The notes under the pieces are model-generated. The model was given only the letters and a program-made list of their open reading frames with translations, did no database searches and was not told where the DNA came from. Positions 59,158 through 64,000 of a stretch of 64,000 bases of DNA are shown one piece after another. How positions within the stretch are numbered: position 1 is the stretch's first letter; each line of letters opens with the position of its first letter. Made by a program: the position numbers and the translations under genes. Origin of the DNA: Burkholderiales bacterium (lineage in GTDB: Bacteria; Pseudomonadota; Gammaproteobacteria; Burkholderiales; SG8-39); NCBI GenBank assembly GCA_036381055.1, contig DASVDO010000016.1:633-64632 (forward strand), written 5' to 3'.

Positions 59158-60062
59158 CGCCGGCTCGCCGCCCGGCGCGGCTCGGGCGCCTTCTCGCCGA
59201 GCAGCGCCTTCTGCAGCGCGAGCACGCTCTGCGGCCGCTCGAGCGGGTCGAGGCGCAGGCACCAGTCGATGATGTCGAGCAGCTCGCTCGAGTAGCGCCC
59301 GGCCCATTGCCGGCGCGCCGGTACCAGCCGGTCCTCCTTCAGCCGCTGGTCGGCGGGCTGCGGCGCCGCGGCGGCGAGGCAGGCGTAGACGGTGCCGCCG
59401 ACCGAGTAGATGTCGCTCCACGGGCCGAGCTGCTCGCGCAGGCGGTGATGCTCGGGCGAGGCGTAGCCCGGCGTGTAGGTCGGCGGCAGCTTCATGCCCT
59501 CGGCGGAGAGCGTCTGGCGCGCGGCGCCGAAATCGATGAGCAGCGGCGAGTCGTCCTCGCGCAGGTAGACGTTGGCGGGCTTGATGTCCAGGTGCAGCAG
59601 CTTGTGGGTGTGCACTTCGCGCAGGCCGTTCAGCAGCTGCGCGAAGGTGGCGCGCATCCACACCTCGTCGGGCGGCGCGCGCAGGCTCTTGATGTGCTCC
59701 TGGAGCGAGCGGCCCTGCTCGTAGCGCATCACCAGGTACACGGTGTCGTTGGCGCGGAAGAAGCTCAGCACGCGCACCACGTTCGGGTGCTGCAGCTTCG
59801 CCAGCGCGCGGCCTTCCTCGAGGAAGCAGCGCATGCCGTAGCGGTACTTCGCCAGGTCGGCGCCTTCGAGCTGCGGCGCCGCGCCGTCCTTGCTGCGCAG
59901 GGGCAGCGTCGAGGGCAGGTACTCCTTGATCACCACCGGCGTGTCGTTCCCGTCGCGCGCGAGGTAGACGAACGAAAAGCCGCCCGCCGCGAGCAGCCGC
60001 ACGATGCGGTAGTTCTCGAGCGGCGTGCCTTCGGCGAGCGGCGTGTTGAGCTGCGGCGCCAT
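59154..60062 (-). CDS. Ser/Thr protein kinase (Hanks-type catalytic domain only)
   Basis: GGFSFVYLA...VVIKEY, catalytic loop [25 protein letters not shown]; 302 aa. Confidence 0.9.
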   Translation of the reverse strand: MAPQLNTPLAEGTPLENYRIVRLLAAGGFSFVYLARDGNDTPVVIKEYLPSTLPLRSKDGAAPQLEGADLAKYRYGMRCFLEEGRALAKLQHPNVVRVLSFFRANDTVYLVMRYEQGRSLQEHIKSLRAPPDEVWMRATFAQLLNGLREVHTHKLLHLDIKPANVYLREDDSPLLIDFGAARQTLSAEGMKLPPTYTPGYASPEHHRLREQLGPWSDIYSVGGTVYACLAAAAPQPADQRLKEDRLVPARRQWAGRYSSELLDIIDWCLRLDPLERPQSVLALQKALLGEKAPEPRRAASRR

Positions 60063-60080
60063 CTCCTCCTATGATAACGA

Positions 60081-60956
60081 ATGATCCAGAGCATGACGGG
60101 CTACGCCGCCGCCTCGGTGCCGACGGCGCGCGGCGTCCTCGCGCTCGAGCTGCGCTCGGTCAACGCGCGCTTCCTCGACCTGCAGCTGCGCGTGCCCGAC
60201 GAGCTGCGCGCGCTCGAGCCGATGCTGCGCGAGCAGCTCTCGGCGCGCCTCGCGCGCGGCAAGGTCGACTGCCGGCTGCTGCTCAACCCGGCCGAGGCGC
60301 CGGGCGCCGCGGCGCGCCTCAACGCCGAGGCGCTGGAGCGGCTGCGCCAGCTCTCCGAGCAGGTGGTGCGCGTGCTGCCGCAGGCGGCGCCGCTGCGCGT
60401 CGCCGACGTGCTGCGCTGGCCGGGGGTGCTCGCCGAGGCGCCGCTCGACGAGGAGCAGACGCGCCGCGCCGCCGCCGAGCTGTGCCGGCGCGCCCTGGAC
60501 GAGCTGGTCGCGGCGCGCGGCCGCGAGGGCGCCCGGCTCGCGCAGGCGATCGGCGAGCGCGTGGCGAGCATGCGCCGCCGCGTCGAGGCGCTGGCGCCGC
60601 ACCTGCCGCAGGCGCTCGCCGACTACCAGGCGAAGCTCTCGCAGAAGCTGCGCGAGGCGCTCGGCACGTCGGGCGTCGTGGACGAGGAGCGGCTGCGCGC
60701 CGAGCTCGCGCTCTTCGCCGCCAAGGTGGACGTCGACGAGGAGATCACCCGCCTGCAGGCGCACTTCGCCGAGGTGGAGCGGGTGCTCGCCGCGGGCGGC
60801 GCCGTGGGCAAGCGGCTCGACTTCCTCGCGCAGGAGCTCAACCGCGAGGCCAACACGCTCGCCGCCAAGGCGGCGAGCGCCGAGATCTCCGATTGCGCGC
60901 TCGAGCTGAAGGTGCTGATCGAGCAGATGCGCGAGCAGGTACAGAACCTGGAATGA
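60081..60956 (+). CDS. yicC: YicC-family stress-induced protein (putative endoribonuclease)
   Basis: MIQSMTGYAAAS...LELRSVNARFLDLQLRVP...EEITRLQAHF...GKRLDFLAQELNREANTLAAKA. Confidence 0.92.
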   Translation: MIQSMTGYAAASVPTARGVLALELRSVNARFLDLQLRVPDELRALEPMLREQLSARLARGKVDCRLLLNPAEAPGAAARLNAEALERLRQLSEQVVRVLPQAAPLRVADVLRWPGVLAEAPLDEEQTRRAAAELCRRALDELVAARGREGARLAQAIGERVASMRRRVEALAPHLPQALADYQAKLSQKLREALGTSGVVDEERLRAELALFAAKVDVDEEITRLQAHFAEVERVLAAGGAVGKRLDFLAQELNREANTLAAKAASAEISDCALELKVLIEQMREQVQNLE

Positions 60957-61534
60957 AAGGCAAGCTGTTCGTGATCACCGCCCCGTCCGGAGCGGGCAAG
61001 ACGTCGCTCATCGAGGCGGTGATGCGCGACGATCCGACGCTCAAGCTTTCGGTGTCCTACACCACGCGCGCGCCGCGCGAGGGCGAGCGCGACGGCGTCG
61101 ACTACCACTTCGTCGACCGGGCGACCTTCGACGCCATGCAGCGGCGCGGCGAGTTCCTGGAGAGCGCCGAGGTGCACGGCAACCGCTACGGCACCTCGCG
61201 CAAGGTGATCCTCGACGCCATCGCCGCCGGCGAGGACCTGATCCTCGAAATCGACTGGCAGGGCGCGCAGCAGGTGCGGCGGCTCTATCCCGACTGCGTC
61301 GGCATCTTCATCCTGCCGCCGTCGATCGAGGAGCTGGAGCGGCGCATGCGGCTGCGCGGCAAGGATTCCGAGGCGGTGATCCGCCGCCGGCTGGACAACG
61401 CCCGGGAAGAGCTGGAGCACGCCGGAGAGTTCGAATACACTATAATTAACAAAGACTTCGAAACCGCCCGGCGAGAGCTGGCGGAAATCCTCCGGAAGGA
61501 ACGAGCGAGAGCCCATGGCGCGCATCACCGTTGA
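60953..61534 (+). CDS. gmk: Guanylate kinase
   Basis: ATG 60953 in an ATGA overlap. [16 protein letters not shown]...[22 protein letters not shown]. Confidence 0.95.
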   Translation: MKGKLFVITAPSGAGKTSLIEAVMRDDPTLKLSVSYTTRAPREGERDGVDYHFVDRATFDAMQRRGEFLESAEVHGNRYGTSRKVILDAIAAGEDLILEIDWQGAQQVRRLYPDCVGIFILPPSIEELERRMRLRGKDSEAVIRRRLDNAREELEHAGEFEYTIINKDFETARRELAEILRKERARAHGAHHR

Positions 61535-61742
61535 CGACTGTCTGAAGAGAATCCCCAACCGCTTCCAGCTCACCCTGGCCGCGACCTACCGCGCGCGGCA
61601 ACTCGGCGCCGGCGCGACGCCGACCGTCGAGCCCAACCGCGACAAGGCGACGGTCATCGCGCTGCGTGAGATCGCCTCGGGAAAGGTCGGCACCGAGGTG
61701 CTGAAGCGCAACCCCACCCCGCCCGCCACACCCACGCTCTAG
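61515..61742 (+). CDS. rpoZ: DNA-directed RNA polymerase omega subunit
   Basis: [30 protein letters not shown]. Confidence 0.95.
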   Translation: MARITVDDCLKRIPNRFQLTLAATYRARQLGAGATPTVEPNRDKATVIALREIASGKVGTEVLKRNPTPPATPTL

Positions 61743-61746
61743 ATCC

Positions 61747-61809
61747 GGGACGGACTCCGAATTTTTCCCCCGGTTTCCCCGGGGGAATTCGTGGTCCGTC
61801 CCTGTTTTT
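61747..61809 (+). terminator. Long imperfect hairpin plus T-run after rpoZ, built from an inverted pair of a dispersed repeat
   Basis: Outer arms GGGACGGACTCCGAATT (61747-61763) and AATTCGTGGTCCGTCCC (61786-61802) are complementary at 15 of 17 positions. The inner stem CCCCCGG/CCGGGGG is perfect, the loop is 5 nt, and TGTTTTT follows. Confidence 0.6.
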
Positions 61810-61829
61810 CGGGGTGGTAATCTGAGCCC

Positions 61830-63947
61830 ATGGCCGTGGCCACCCCCCTGCCGGCGTCCGAGCGATTCGGCTACCTGAAGCCGAGCGACGTGGCGCGCCT
61901 GCAGGAGGCCTACCGCTTCTCGGAGGCCGCGCACGCCGGCCAGAAGCGCCAGTCCGGGGACCCGTACATCTCGCACCCCCTGGCGGTGGCCGAGATCCTC
62001 GCCGACTGGCACCTGGACGGCCAGACGCTGATGGCGGCCCTGCTGCACGACGTTACCGAGGACACCTCGGTCACCAAGGACGAGATCTCCGACATGTTCG
62101 GCCGCCCGGTGGCCGAGCTGGTCGACGGGGTGTCCAAGCTCGACAAGATCGAGTTCCAGTCGGCCGAGCAGGTGCAGGCCGAGAACTTCCGCAAGATGCT
62201 GCTCGCGATGGCGCGCGACGTGCGCGTCATCCTGATCAAGCTCGCCGACCGGCTGCACAACATGCGCACGCTCGGCGCGGTCTCTCCCGAGAAACGGCGC
62301 AGGATCGCCCGCGAGACCATGGAGATCTACGCGCCGATCGCCAACCGGCTCGGCCTGAACAGCCTCTACCACGAGCTGCAGGAGCTCGCCTTCGCGCACC
62401 TCTATCCCCTGCGCTACCGCGTGCTCGCCAAGGCGACCAAGGCGGCGCGCGGCAACCGGCGCGAGATGATCACGCGCACGCTGGATGCGATCAAGCGCAA
62501 GCTCGCCGAGAGCGGCATCGAGGCGACCGTGCAGGGGCGCGAGAAGCACGTCTACTCGACCTACCGCAAGATGATCGAGAAGCAGCTCTCGTTCTCCGAG
62601 GTGCACGACATCTTCGGCTGCCGCGTGGTGGTGCGCGACGTCGCGTCCTGCTACCTGGCGCTCGGCGCGCTGCACTCGCTCTACAAGCCGATCCCCGGCA
62701 AGTTCAAGGACTACGTCGCCATCCCGAAGGCGAACGGCTACCAGTCGATCCACACCGACCTGATCGGCCCGTACGGCGTGCCGGTGGAGGTGCAGATCCG
62801 CACCGAGCAGATGCACCGGCTCGCCGAGTCGGGCGTCGCCTCGCACTGGCTCTACAAGGACGAGACCGACAAGCTCTCCGACCTGCAGAAGCAGACGCAC
62901 CGCTGGCTGCAGTCGCTGCTCGAGATCCAGCAGCAGTCGGGCGACCCGCAGGAGTTCCTCGAGCACGTCAAGGTCGACCTGTTCCCCGACGAGGTCTACG
63001 TCTTCACGCCCAAGGGGCGGATCCTCTCGCTGCCGCGCGGCGCCACCGCGGTGGACTTCGCCTACGCGGTGCATACCGACATCGGCAACCGCTGCGTCGC
63101 CGCCAAGGTGAACGGCGAGCTGGTGCCGCTGCGCACCGAGCTGCGCAACGGCGACCGCGTGGAGATCGTCACCGCGAGCCACGCCAAGCCCAACCCGGCG
63201 TGGCTGCAGTACGTGCGCACCGGCAAGGCGCGCTCCAACATCCGCCACTTCCTGAAGACCATGCAGTACGAGGAGTCGGCGGCGCTCGGCGAGCGGCTGC
63301 TCGACCAGGCGCTGCGCGCGCTCAAGGGCTCGATCGCCGAGCTGGACGACGCGGCGTGGGAACGCGTGGTGCGCGACAGCGGCGCGCGCTCCAAGGGCGA
63401 GCTGCTCGCCGACCTGGGGCTCGGCAAGCGCCTGCCGGCGATCGTCGCGCGGCGCCTGCTGAAGACGCTCGACGCGAAGGAAGACGCGGCGAAGAGCGCG
63501 GCGACCGTCACCATCCGCGGCACCGAGGGCATGGCGGTGCAGCTCGCGACCTGCTGCCGGCCGATCCCGGGCGACGCGATCGTGGGCTCGATCAAGAAGG
63601 GCCAGGGGCTGGTGGTGCACGCCGCCGACTGCCGCAGCATCGTGCGCTCGCGCCGCAACGAGCCCGACCAGTGGATCGACGTGGAGTGGGATCCGCGCAC
63701 CACGCGGCTCTTCCAGGCGGCGGTCAACGTCACGGTGGCCAACCAGCGCGGCGTGCTGGCGCGCGTCGCCTCCGAGATCGCCGAGGCGGGCTCCAACATC
63801 GACTCGATCACCATGGGCGAGGACCGCGCGGTCTTCACCACCATGCACTTCGTGCTGGAAGTCGCCAACCGCCAGCACCTCGCGCGCGTGATGCGGGCGC
63901 TGCGGCGCCTGCCGGACGTGCAGAAGCTCGCGCGGACGCGCGAGTAG
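61830..63947 (+). CDS. spoT: Bifunctional (p)ppGpp synthetase/hydrolase
   Basis: 705 aa. HD domain HPLAVAEILADWHLDGQTLMAALLHDVTEDT, synthetase domain, then TGS and ACT domains. Follows rpoZ, as is usual for spoT. Confidence 0.94.
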   Translation: MAVATPLPASERFGYLKPSDVARLQEAYRFSEAAHAGQKRQSGDPYISHPLAVAEILADWHLDGQTLMAALLHDVTEDTSVTKDEISDMFGRPVAELVDGVSKLDKIEFQSAEQVQAENFRKMLLAMARDVRVILIKLADRLHNMRTLGAVSPEKRRRIARETMEIYAPIANRLGLNSLYHELQELAFAHLYPLRYRVLAKATKAARGNRREMITRTLDAIKRKLAESGIEATVQGREKHVYSTYRKMIEKQLSFSEVHDIFGCRVVVRDVASCYLALGALHSLYKPIPGKFKDYVAIPKANGYQSIHTDLIGPYGVPVEVQIRTEQMHRLAESGVASHWLYKDETDKLSDLQKQTHRWLQSLLEIQQQSGDPQEFLEHVKVDLFPDEVYVFTPKGRILSLPRGATAVDFAYAVHTDIGNRCVAAKVNGELVPLRTELRNGDRVEIVTASHAKPNPAWLQYVRTGKARSNIRHFLKTMQYEESAALGERLLDQALRALKGSIAELDDAAWERVVRDSGARSKGELLADLGLGKRLPAIVARRLLKTLDAKEDAAKSAATVTIRGTEGMAVQLATCCRPIPGDAIVGSIKKGQGLVVHAADCRSIVRSRRNEPDQWIDVEWDPRTTRLFQAAVNVTVANQRGVLARVASEIAEAGSNIDSITMGEDRAVFTTMHFVLEVANRQHLARVMRALRRLPDVQKLARTRE

Positions 63948-64000
63948 CTAGCCGAGCCGCAGCGAGAGCAGCGTCTCGCCCCGCAGCACGATGAGCGCGC
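63948..64000 (-). CDS. 3' end of an unidentified minus-strand gene running off the right edge
   Basis: The reverse complement reads ...ALIVLRGETLLSLRLG-stop, with the stop at 63948-63950 immediately after the spoT stop. It is too short to identify. Confidence 0.25.
   Translation of the reverse strand, partial: ALIVLRGETLLSLRLG

Overview
High-GC, almost fully coding chromosomal segment. Gene content and order look betaproteobacterial: separate hisI/hisE, hprK inside the rpoN-hpf-ptsN-rapZ cluster, mlaA inside the mla operon, and a Bug-family binding protein. That taxonomic call is inference only. Many long ORFs in the track are antisense or alternate-frame GC artefacts, and I ignored them.

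Layout:
(1) 1-17.6 kb: petAB, a plus-strand HtrA-type protease, then one minus-strand supercluster mlaFEDACB / ABC-2 exporter / ibaG / murA / hisGDCBHAFIE / hinT / tatABC. These genes are chained by ATGA/GTGA start-stop overlaps.
(2) 17.6-36.6 kb: the accessory centrepiece, a 16-gene MSHA-like type IV filament locus. It has an ExeA/MshM-like ATPase, a lipoprotein secretin, a GspB/TPR protein, GspE- and GspF-family proteins, a PilMN fusion, a PilO-like protein, a 609-aa GspK/MshP-like protein, and a minor and a major pilin. It is bracketed by a sigma-54 response regulator and a multi-TM histidine kinase, and by the two halves of an ABC exporter. The major pilin has a textbook sigma-54 promoter (TGGCAC-N5-TTGC) with tandem TGTCG-N6-CGACA palindromes upstream.
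(3) 36.6-47.4 kb: CPA2 antiporter, kdsDC-lptCAB-rpoN-hpf-ptsN-hprK-rapZ, a LON-domain protein and mutY.
(4) 47.4-53.4 kb: a miscellaneous, lower-GC stretch with an M20 amidohydrolase, a 5'-nucleotidase, a small secreted peptide, an NlpC/P60 lipoprotein and a TetR / Rieske oxygenase / Bug binding protein islet. It ends at tRNA-Gly(CCC).
(5) 53.5-64 kb: thiSG-trmB, the hemW-rdgB-methyltransferase-rph-PP2C-Ser/Thr kinase chain, and yicC-gmk-rpoZ-spoT.

Other observations: three genes whose conserved N-termini lie upstream of any ATG/GTG/TTG (probable CTG or ATA starts, two of them as CTGA overlaps); a short dispersed repeat that forms a terminator hairpin and also the 3' end of hemW; and several operator-like palindromes. 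I saw no CRISPR arrays, transposases, integrases or rRNA. All functional calls rest on my recognition of motifs in the translated ORFs. No database search was possible.
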